64,000 nt of DNA from Mustelus asterias (lineage: Eukaryota), in NCBI RefSeq assembly GCF_964213995.1, contig NC_135804.1, positions 68,696,001-68,760,000 of the forward strand, in the 5' to 3' direction. Positions within the stretch are counted from its first letter, which is position 1, and the number at the start of each line of letters is the position of its first letter. A program made the position numbers and the translations under genes. Below, piece after piece: positions 1 to 9,704 of this stretch. The notes beneath the pieces were generated by a model that saw only the letters and a program-made list of their open reading frames with translations, did no database searches and was not told where the DNA came from.

Positions 1-1755
1 TTTTTGGCAAATAATGGTTAGTGGCTAACATTTCACTGAAACAGAGATACTGAAATAGAGAAAATGATGAAAGTGAGAAAAAGACTATTCAATGGAGGTA
101 GATTATGTGGATAATAGTAATTAAATCGATATTTGACGGACTGAGTGATGGGGACGTACTCTATTTTGGGTATGTTTAGCTGAACTGCTGTATAATCTCC
201 GATTCTAAATGTTACTTGCAATTATTTCTGCACTTGTGACAAGGAAAGCAATTCGCGCTAATTTCATTAGAAAGTAATGCACAGAAACAGGCCGTTCGTC
301 CCATCATCCCACTGCCGGCTCTTAGTAACAGCTATCCGCCCACTTGTTATTTCCAAACGACTGCACACATTTTCCTTCTTAATTATATCCACCTCCATTT
401 TGAAAGTTAGCTTTCCAACACCCAATTAGGCAGGGCATTCCAGATCATCATAATAAGCCGCCGAAATTATGATTACAACAAATGTAATGCATGTAAAGTA
501 AATTAAGGTATTTGCTTCTCATAGGTTTTACACTTGCAGAGATTGAACTGGCTATGACGGGAAAGAATGACAGAGACGGTGGACTAAACCCAGAAACATG
601 AGGTTAATTGTGGTTATCAATTATGTACAAAAAAATCTCCTCGTCCTGTTTTTCTCGCCAATTATTTTATTCCCCTTTTGACACCAAAATTTTTGCTTTC
701 ATTAATTCGAGCAAAGCCTCTCAGCAGTTTGGGCAGCTCGAGAAAAGCTCTCAACAACCTGTTCTGTTACAAGGATAACAATGCCAGTTTATTTAGCCTC
801 ACCCCAAAACCGAAGTCCATGAACCTTAGTATTATTCTGGAAAAATCCCTCTGAACCCCAATTAAACCTCACATTTTTCACAAAGCATGATGTCCGGAAT
901 TGGAATAACAATCCAACTGATGACGAACCAGTATTCATAAAGGCTTGCAGTAATAATATAGTTTTTAAAACTCTAGGCCTACATTGAAAACACCTATGTA
1001 TTTTGCTACCGTCAGAATGCATGGTAGCCTAAACCTATAAATGATTTGCATGTTAAATCTGTTGGAATCATATCACTTTTAATTTAGCAAATTAAATGGG
1101 AAACTGTTGTGCAGCATTCATACACTAAATACTGGAAGGTGTGATTTGTCAGGATGGAAGAGGCTGCATTATTCAGCTATTTCCCCCATTCAGCTGCACG
1201 GATGAACAGCTTAAATCTCACTTCCTGCCATTCACTCGAATCATTCTTTTCGGCAAATTGGTCTTTCTTTTGGGCGAAAACATTTTTTTTCTATCCTGAC
1301 AATATTCTGGGATCAATCTATCGGCTACTTGGACGTTATTTTCTCCGCATTTATTACAGTTCTTCAAGTGAACGATCACCTGAATACATTTTGTCTATTT
1401 ATTTAACACTACCTAATAACACAACTGACTAATAACATCATGTATCCTGTGTAAATAGAGCTCCTGCGCAAAGAGTTAACGACCTGAATATCCTGCCTCA
1501 ATGAAATATTTTCTGTTGTCACTGCATATATGCTTTGCTGGATCAACCATTATTCTAGCGCGTAATTGGATAATTGAATTAGTATTGGAAAGTAACTAAA
1601 GATTGAATTGTAACATTGCAAATTCTAACAGTGATTTATTTTACTGACTACGACTCCGAGTGTCGTGATTAGATGCAGCCAGGAATACTGAACGTCAAAC
1701 GAGATTAAGGTATATAAATCCAAACAATCAATGCTTTCATTTCACTGTTCCACAG

Positions 1756-2064
1756 CTTCCCCAGAACCCATGAGACTGATCTCCAAAGTGTCCCGTCCCA
1801 ACTCATCTACGCTAACACTTGTGTGTGAAACGTCTGTGTTCTACTCAGAATCTCTCAGCTTCACTTGGTACAAAAACGACAGCAACATTGTGACTGGGAT
1901 CAGCACCATTCAAACAGTCAATTCGGAGGGAATGTATTTAGCTTCCAGCAGTTTGAAAACGGCAGATCCAGCCCATAACGGTATTGTATATGCCTGGATG
2001 GTGTCTCACCTCACACTACAGGATCCAGCCATGGCTGTTTACTTTGACTCTATTTCTAATTCAG
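1756..2064 (+). pseudogene. Ig C1-set domain exon of a probable SIRP-like/Ig-superfamily receptor, degenerate
   Basis: Acceptor ttcactgttccacag ends at 1755 and donor CAG|gtaag starts at 2065, giving a 309-nt phase 1-1 exon. Translation LTLVCETSVFYSESLSFTWYKN...GMYLASSSL...VYAWMVSHLTL has the C1-set pattern, but the F-strand Cys is Trp (YAW instead of YxC) and FYP is FYS. Confidence 0.8.
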
Positions 2065-2361
2065 GTAAGATGCCAACCTTTGTACTGAAATTATCAGTCA
2101 CTGATTACTATGTAACCGCGTTCATTTATTTCAATCCTTTTAAAGATTTGTGGAGCGGATAAGAGGCAGAGGCACGGAGTGTAAATAATTTTTAAAAATA
2201 GAATTATAAACTGAATAATAATATTGCGGATCAAATTCAATTCCTTGACATTTAACACAGAGAAATCCCTTTTGTTCTAAATCATTGAAATACTTCCGTT
2301 TATCGATTCCATGATATCATAGGTGGATGAACCATACTGATATTGAGACTGTGGCCTAATC

Positions 2362-2702
2362 ATCATAGAATAGAAATCATAGAAACCCTACAGTGCAGAA
2401 GGAGGCCATTCGCCCCATCGAGTCTGCACCGAGCACAATCCCACCCATGCCCTACCCTCACATATTTTATCCGCTAATCCCTCTAACCTACACATCCCAG
2501 GACTCTAAGGGGCAATTTTTTTAACCTGGCCAATCAACCTAACCCACACATCTTTGGACTGTGGGAGGAAACCGGAGGAAACCCACGCAGACACGAGGAG
2601 CAAGTGCAAACTCCACACAGACAGTGACCCGAGCCGGGAATCGAACCCGGGACCCTGGAGCTGTGAAGCAGCAGTGCTAACCACTGTGCTACCGTGCCGC
2701 CG
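2362..2702 (-). mobile_element. tRNA-derived HE1-type shark SINE
   Basis: Minus-strand head GGCGGCACGGTAGCACAGTGGTTAGCAC with B-box GGTTCGATTCC; CR1-derived (TTCTATGA)n tail. Near-identical copies at about 29115 and 42982. Confidence 0.85.
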
Positions 2703-3018
2703 TGAGTGGATTAGCCGAAAGACCGCACTGGGGACACGGGTTCAAATCCCACCAATGGAATTTAAATTCAATCATAAAATATGATTGCTAGAGTCGGTAA
2801 CGGTGGCCACCAATTGTAAAAACTGATCTGGCTCACTACGGCTCCATTAAGGAAATAAATCTGCCGTCTTACCTCGTCTGGCCTACTTGTGATTTCAGAT
2901 GCACAGCAATGTGGTAGACACTTAACTGCCCTACGAAATGTTCAATGCAAGGGACAATTTGGGATAGGCAACAAATTCTGGTCTTCCCGGGACTTCTCTG
3001 CGGAGCCCACATCCTGGG
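2703..3018 (+). mobile_element. Old SacSINE1/DeuSINE-like SINE remnant
   Basis: GGTTCAAATCCCACC box, central block tggcctacttgtga...caatgtggt..ac.cttaactgccct, and a 3' tail similar to the LINE end at about 6300. Second copy at about 25990-26240. Confidence 0.55.
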
Positions 3019-4494
3019 CAACATAGAACATAGAACATAGAAAGCCACAGCACAAACAGGCCCTTCGGCCCACAAGTTGCGCCGATCACATCCCCACCTC
3101 TAGGCCTATCTATAGCCCTCAATCCCATTAAATCCCATGTACTCATCCAGAAGTCTCTTAAAAGACCCCAACGAGTTTGCCTCCACCACCACCGACGTCA
3201 GCCGATTCCACTCACCCACCACCCTCTGAGTGAAAAACTTACCCCTGACATCTCCTCTGTACCTACCCCCCAGCACCTTAAACCTGTGTCCTCTCGTAGC
3301 AACCATTTCAGCCCTTGGAAATAGCCTCTGAGAGTCTACCCTATCCAGACCTCTCAACATCTTGTAAGCCTCTATCAGGTCACCTCTCATCCTTCGTCTC
3401 TCCAGGGAGAAGAGACCAAGCTCCCTCAACCTATCCTCATAAGGCATGCCCCCCAATCCAGGCAACATCCTTGTAAATCTCCTCTGCACCCTTTCAATGG
3501 CTTCAACATCTTTCCTGTAATGAGGTGACCAGAACTGCGCGCAGTACTCCAAGTGGGGTCTAATCAGGGTCCTATAAAGCTGCAGCATTATCTCCCGACT
3601 CCTAAACTCAATCCCTCGATTAATGAAGGCCAGTACGCCGTACGCCTTCTTGACCGCATCCTCCACCTGCGAGGCCGATTTAAGAGTCCTATGGACCCGG
3701 ACCCCAAGGTCCTTCTGATCCTCTACACTGCTAAGAATGGTACCCTTCATATTATACTGCTGCTTCATCCCATTGGATCTGCCAAAATGGATCACCACAC
3801 ACTTATCCGGGTTGAAGTCCATCTGCCACTTCTCCGCCCAGTCTTGCATTCAACTATGTCTCGCTGCAACTTCTGACATCCCTCCAAACTATCCACAACA
3901 CCACCTACCTTGGTGTCGTCAGCAAACTTACCAACCCATCCCTCCACTTCCTCATCCAGGTCATTTATGAAAATGACAAACAGCAAGGGTCCCAGAACAG
4001 ATCCCTGGGGCACTCCACTGGTCACTGACCTCCATGCAGAGAAAGACCCCTCCACAGCCACTCTCTGCCTTCTGCAGGCAAGCCAGTTCTGGATCCACAA
4101 GGCAACAGCCCCTTGGATCCCATGCCCTCTCACTTTCTCAAGAAGTCTTGCATGGGGGACCTTATCGAACGCCTTGCTGAAGTCCATATAGACCACATCC
4201 ACCGCTCTTCCTTCGTCAATGTGTTTGGTCACATTTTCAAAGAACTCAACCAGGCTCGTAAGGCACGACCTGCCCTTGACAAAGCCGTGCTGACTACTTT
4301 TGATCATACTAAACTTCTCTAGATGATCATAAATCCTGTCTCTCAGGATCCTCTCCATCAACTTACCAACCACTGAGGTTAGACTCACCGGTCGGTAATT
4401 TCCCGGGCTGTCCCTGTTCCCTTTCTTGAATATAGGGACCACATCTGCAATCCTCCAATCCTCCGGAACCTCTCCCGTCTCCATCAACGATGCA
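3019..4494 (-). mobile_element. 5'-truncated CR1 LINE (RT and C-terminal part of ORF2, one frameshift)
   Basis: ORFs 3792-4505 and 3106-3849 carry [36 protein letters not shown] and RPHLEYC; (TTCTATG)n tail. Confidence 0.95.
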
Positions 4495-4761
4495 TTATGA
4501 CGCATGTTGAAAGCTTATTTTTGACGAGTGTATCTTAATCCTGAACCACGAATTCAGTGTGAAAGGAAATAGATTTTCTTTATAGAATGAATCATTTTGG
4601 ACAAATTAACAATTCCTGATCTCATGCTCTGCACTGGAACCGTTGGAAATATACGTCATACAACTGACATTTTTTTCCAAAATGTCTGTTTGACAAAACA
4701 CCAAAATAAAGAAATCGCATTGATTATTCGAGTTAATATTTTTATTATGTTCCTTGCACTT

Positions 4762-4872
4762 GATATGTTCTCATTCAATTATCCATTTGTTGCTGGATTA
4801 CAGGAGCTGCACTGATACTTCTGGTACTTGCTGCCTTCATTGGAAGATGTTGTCCACTCGATAACTATAAAA
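4762..4872 (+). pseudogene. Transmembrane exon likely belonging to the same Ig-superfamily receptor
   Basis: DMFSFNYPFVAG, then after a frame change TGAALILLVLAAFIGRCCPLDNYK, ending at a phase-1 donor A|gtgag (4873). The upstream acceptor reads cacttg (no AG). A cryptic CAG at 4801-4803 would give an in-frame but shorter TM segment. Confidence 0.55.
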
Positions 4873-4964
4873 GTGAGGGGCCATCTATGTAGATTCGTCC
4901 TGATACATCTTTGATCTTACAAAAACAGAAGCAACATGACAGCAGGCAGATGAAGGAGCGTTGC

Positions 4965-5519
4965 CCTCTTTTTAGGTCAAACCAAATAAACAAACTCAGA
5001 TAAAGTCAGGACAAAGTAAAAGGGGCAGCTCCCCAAAAAGGAGGGGGAACAGCCCGAACAGAAATCAAAGTACAAAGGAAACATAAAAACATCAAATTAA
5101 AATGTGATTATTAGGGTCGATAACGCACCCCAACCCCTGCGGTGCCCAGCGGGCGCGGAAGGCGTCAACCACACTGTGGACACCGCATGCTCCCTCTCCA
5201 AGGACACCCAGCCGCGAACGTAGCCACGGTAGAGAGGCAGACAGTCAGGATGGACGGCCCCCTCGATCGCCCGCTGCCTGGACCAGTAAATGGCGCATTT
5301 CGCCAGGCCCAGGAGCAGGTTCACGAGGAGGTCGCCATCCCGACCCTCCCCTCTCCGCACCGGATGTCTGTAGATCAGGAGCGTGGGACTGAAGTGCAAA
5401 CAAAACATCAATAAAAGGTTCTTCAGGAAAACATAAAGGGAGTGCAGCCTAAGACACACAACATAGACATGGTCCATGGACTCCACAAGGCCACAGAAAG
5501 GGCAGTCTTCGGAGCCCGT
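4965..5519 (-). mobile_element. 3' fragment of a Tx1/L1-clade non-LTR retrotransposon
   Basis: CPFCGLVESMDHVYVVC zinc knuckle and VNLLLGLAK motif in ORF 5097-5537; 16-bp TSD GATGAAGGAGCGTTGC at 4949-4964 and 5520-5535. Confidence 0.85.
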
Positions 5520-5739
5520 GATGAAGGAGCGTTGCAAATCTCACTGAAATGAAGTTCTGTTTATATAATGAACTGTACCTGGTTCCCACATTTGAAATGG
5601 ATGATGTGACCAGGAGTTACTTAAATGCATTCAACAGACACCATAACTTATTACCAGCGGGGGTGGGGGTGGAGAAAATAAGGAGTACAGGATTGATTAC
5701 AGACTAACTACTGCACCTTCATGCATAAATCAATTCAAA

Positions 5740-6250
5740 TTGGGGCGGGGAAACGAGGGAGTGAAAAGGAAAGTGACATTGATAGGGGACAGTATTGTCA
5801 CGAGGGTAAGATGTTTTTATCTGCAGCCCAAGACAGCAGTTCCAAAGGTTATCTTGTCTGTCCAATTCCAATATTAGGCATTTTCCCACGGTTGGAGATA
5901 AACTTGCTGTGATACACCTAGAAGTCAACAACATAGATAGAAATATGAATTTCACCCCTTTAACAGAGTATGGGCAGTTAGGGTCCACACTAAATATGGA
6001 AGCTCCACAGTAATAATCTCTGGTTTGTTACATAAACGACGTGTCTATTGGCACATGATCAAGCAGATCAGAGAATTAAACACAATGGCTCAATGATGAA
6101 TGTGCCAAGAGGGGGTTTGCTTACTGGGGCCCTGGCCTAAGCAGTGCGGAAAGAGAGAAGTCTTCTACACAAATAGTCTCCACTTAAATGAAGATCAGCA
6201 TCCTGGAAATTGTGGAGCGAAGACTGTAATCTAAGAGGTGTGGGAAGGAG
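5740..6250 (+). mobile_element. Ancient CR1 ORF1 (SGNH esterase) remnant, 5' part of an old CR1 that continues at about 6880-7336, 13181-14040 and 25320-26770
   Basis: VTLIGDSIV motif at about 5773. Collinear degraded ORF2 motifs follow downstream: PWLTEEV across 7330/13180, SKFADDTK at about 13890, HLEYCAQF at about 25484, and a (ttcttat) tail at about 26760. Confidence 0.6.
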
Positions 6251-6264
6251 GCGGTTTTAAAAAG

Positions 6265-6875
6265 AAAATCATTTAAGGGATGTAGGCACTGCTGACTAGA
6301 TAGCATTGATTGCCTATCCCCAATTGCTCTCGAGAAGGTGGTGGTGAGCTGAATTCTTGGACTGCTGCAGTTCCTGGGGTGTTGGTACACCAACTATGCT
6401 GTTAGAGAAGGTGATCCAGGATTTTTACTTAGCGACAGTGAAGGAACCGCAATATATTTCCAAGTCAAGAAAGCAAGAACTTCCAGGTGGTGGTGTTCCA
6501 AAGTATCTGCTGTTCTTGTCCTTATGGAAGGTAGTGGTTGTGGGTTTGGAAAGTGCTGCCGAAGGAACCTTGGTGAGATCCTGCAGTGCATCTTGTAGAT
6601 AGTATATATGGCTGCCACTATTCATCTATGGCGAAGGGATTGAATGTTGAGGAAGCGATAGCAATCAAGGGGCTGCTTTGTCCTGGATGGCGTTGGGCTT
6701 CTTGAGTGTTGTTGGAGCTGCACTCATACAGGCAAGTGGAGGATATTCTGACTTGTGCCTTGTAGATGGTGGGGAATCAGGAGGTGGGTTACTCACTGCA
6801 GGATTCCTATTTATATGGCGAGTCCAGTTCAGTTTCTGGTCAGTGGTAACTCCCAGGATGTTGATAGGTGAAGGA
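6265..6875 (-). mobile_element. Degraded CR1/L2-group LINE 3' fragment
   Basis: INILGVTTDQKLNW and IYTIYKMHC motifs; same family as 28255-28950 and 35600-36100. Confidence 0.7.
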
Positions 6876-7344
6876 TGATTTCGAAATCTGTGAAGAAACA
6901 TTGAGGTATTGGAGGTGTATAGTGATTTAGGGGAGACAATGGGAGTGTGACAGGGTGTTTTCATGGCAATTTCCTGGAAAGGTAGGTTGTGTAAACAACT
7001 AGATACACATCTATTTGAGATCTAGAATTATGCAATTCACTAGTTTTATTAATAATCGAATATTAATGGGCCATCTGTGAAAATGTGATCATATCCCAAT
7101 TGAATTCCATATTAAGTTTGAGAATGTACACACACCACCCACAAAGAAGTATCCTGAACTTAAGTAAACATAACTACATATGTCAAAAAAGAGTCCTGGC
7201 TCAGGAACATTGGGCAAATAGACTAGAATGTATGGCAGTAAATGAACCATAGAAACATCTAAAAACAATGCAAAATATTGAAAAAAATACATTCTTTTAA
7301 AAGCCAAAAGCTAAATAAGAAAGATCCATCCATGGCTTACTGAG

Positions 7345-7424
7345 AAAGCTAGTGGCGTTTGCTACAAATAAACCTGTTGGACTTTAACCTGGTGTTGAGA
7401 GATTTCTTACTGTGTTTACACCCC
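7345..7424 (+). mobile_element. Penelope-like pLTR fragment fused to the 5' end of a CR1
   Basis: AAAGCTAGTGGCGTTTGCTACAAATAAACCTGTTGGACTTTAACCTGGTGTTG...CTTACTGTGTTTAC matches the Penelope arm at about 35125-35199. Confidence 0.8.
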
Positions 7425-7459
7425 CTTTTTTGTTTTATCTCCCAAAAACTAAAAAGGAC

Positions 7460-9704
7460 ATGGCTGGTATGAGTGGGAGGCCAGTATACTGCATTCGGTG
7501 TGGGATGTGGGAGTTCCTGGAGACAACTTGCTTCCCGGAAGTCCATGTCTGTGCCAGATGTGTGGAACTGCAACTCCTGAAGGATCGTGTAAGGGAGCTG
7601 GAGCTGAGGCTCGATGAACTCAGTTTAGTTAGGGAAAGTGAGAGATTAATAGATAAAAGTTATAGTCAGGTAGTGACACCAGGGTCTCAGAAGGAAGACA
7701 CATGGGTCACAGTTAGCAGGGGTAATAGTCAGAAGGGTGATGTGCCAGAAAGTACCCCAGTGGCAGTATCCCATAAAAGAAAGGGATGGGCAACAGATGG
7801 GAGAAGGGAAGGGAGTGAGCATTCTGTGGAGGGATCCCCTGTGGTTGTCCCCCTCCAAAATAGGCATATTGCTTTGGATTCTGTGGAGGGGGATGACCCT
7901 CCAGGGGTAAGCCATGAGGACCAGATCGCCTCCACGGTGACAGGCTCAGGGGTCCGGAAGGGAAAAGAACAAAGAACAAAGAATAAAGAACAGTACAGCA
8001 CAGGAAACAGGCCCTTCGGCCCTCCAAGCCTGTGCCGCTCCTTGGTCCAACTAGACCAATCGTTTGTATCCCTCCATTCCCAGGCTGCTCATGTGACTAT
8101 CCAGGTAAGTCTTAAACGATGTCAGCGTGCCTGCCTCCACCACCCTACTTGGCAGCGCATTCCAGGCCCCCACCACCCTCTGTGTAAAAAACGTCCCTCT
8201 GATGTCTGAGTTATACTTCGCCCCTCTCAGCTTGAGCCCGTGACCACTCGTGATCGTCACCTCCGACCTGGGAAAAAGCTTCCCACTGTTCACCCTATCT
8301 ATCCCCTTCATAATCTTGTATACCTCTATTAGATCTCCCCTCATTCTCCGTCTTTCCAAGGAGAACAACCCCAGTCTACCCAATCTCTCCTCATAGCTAA
8401 GACCCTCCATACCAGGCAACATCCTGGTAAACCTTCTCTGCACTCTCTCCAACGCCTCCACGTCCTTCTGGTAGTGCGGCGACCAGAACTGGACGCAGTA
8501 CTCCAAATGTGGCCTAACCAGCGTTCTATACAGCTGCATCATCAGACTCCAGCTTTTATACTCTATACCCCGTCCTATAAAGGCAAGCATACCATATGCC
8601 TTCTTCACCACCTTCTCCACCTGTGTTGCCACCTTCAAGGATTTGTGGACTTGCACACCTAGGTCCCTCTGTGTTTCTATACTCCTGATGACTCTGCCAT
8701 TTATTGTATAACTCCTCCCTACATTATTTCTTCCAAAATGCATCACTTCGCATTTATCCGGATTAAATTCCATCTGCCACCTCTCCGCCCAATTTTCCAG
8801 CCTATCTATATCCTGCTGTATTGCCCGACAATGCTCTTCGCTATCCGCAATTCCAGCCATCTTCGTGTCATCCGCAAACTTGCTGATTACACCAGTTACA
8901 CCTTCTTCCAAATCATTTATATATATCACAAATAGCAGAGGTCCTAGTACAGAGCCCTGCGGAACACCACTGGTCACAGACCTCCAGCCGGAAAAAGACC
9001 CTTCGACCACTACCCCCTGTCTCCTATGGCCAAGCCAGTTCTCCACCCATCGAGCCACTTCTCCTTGTATCCCATGAGCCTTAACCTTCTTAACCAACCT
9101 GCCATGTGGGACTTTGTCAAATGCCTTACTGAAATCCATATAGACGACATCCACGGCCCTTCCTTCATCAACCGTTTTTGTTGAGGGGTTTAGGAGAGCG
9201 ACAGTTGTGGGGGACGCAATGGTTAGAGGCACGGACAGGCGGTTCTGTGGGAGTGAACGAGAATCCAGGATGGTAGTCTGCCTCCCTGGTGCCGGGGTAC
9301 TGGATGTCTCCGAGAGGGTAGGAAGCATATTTAAAAAGGAAGGTAGTCAAACGGATGTGATTATACACATTGGTGAAAATGATGGAGGTAGGAAGAGCAG
9401 GGGGGTCATACGAGAGAAATTCAGGGAGTTGGGTGCTAGGCTAAGAAGTCAGGCCTCCAGGGTAGCAATCTCTGGACTGCTCCCGGTGTCTAGTGCAAGT
9501 GAGGCTCGGAACAGGGAGATTCTACAGTTGAACGCGTGGCTAAAGGACTGGTGCAAGAGGGAGGGTTTTAAATTCATAGATAACTGGGAAATCTTCAAGT
9601 CAGGATGGCAACTGTACAGAAAGGATGGGTTACACCTTAACTGGAAGGGAGCAAATATCCTGGCTGGGAGTTTTGCTAGAGTGTTTCGGCAGGATTTAAA
9701 CTAG
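7460..9704 (+). pseudogene. CR1 ORF1: CxxC/CxxC zinc finger, coiled coil and SGNH/GDSL esterase domain (split by the 7963-9180 insertion)
   Basis: YCIRC...VCARC plus heptad LQLLKDRVRELELRLDEL (7460-7650); esterase blocks VVGDAMVRG, HIGEND and DGLHLN (9200-9704). Confidence 0.9.
7963..9180 (-). mobile_element. 5'-truncated CR1 of the same subfamily, inserted antisense in ORF1
   Basis: ORF 8051-9328 contains RT motifs. Nearly the reverse complement of 11500-12705, with a (TTCTTTG)n tail at 7963-7990. Confidence 0.95.

Noticed and set aside
524-602. Possible small exon after a good acceptor (ttctcatag)
   Set aside because: The phase-1 frame ends in TGA, the donor is weak and there is no recognisable domain.
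2600-2702. tRNA gene-like A and B boxes
   Set aside because: These are SINE heads rather than tRNA genes; the same applies to the other copies.
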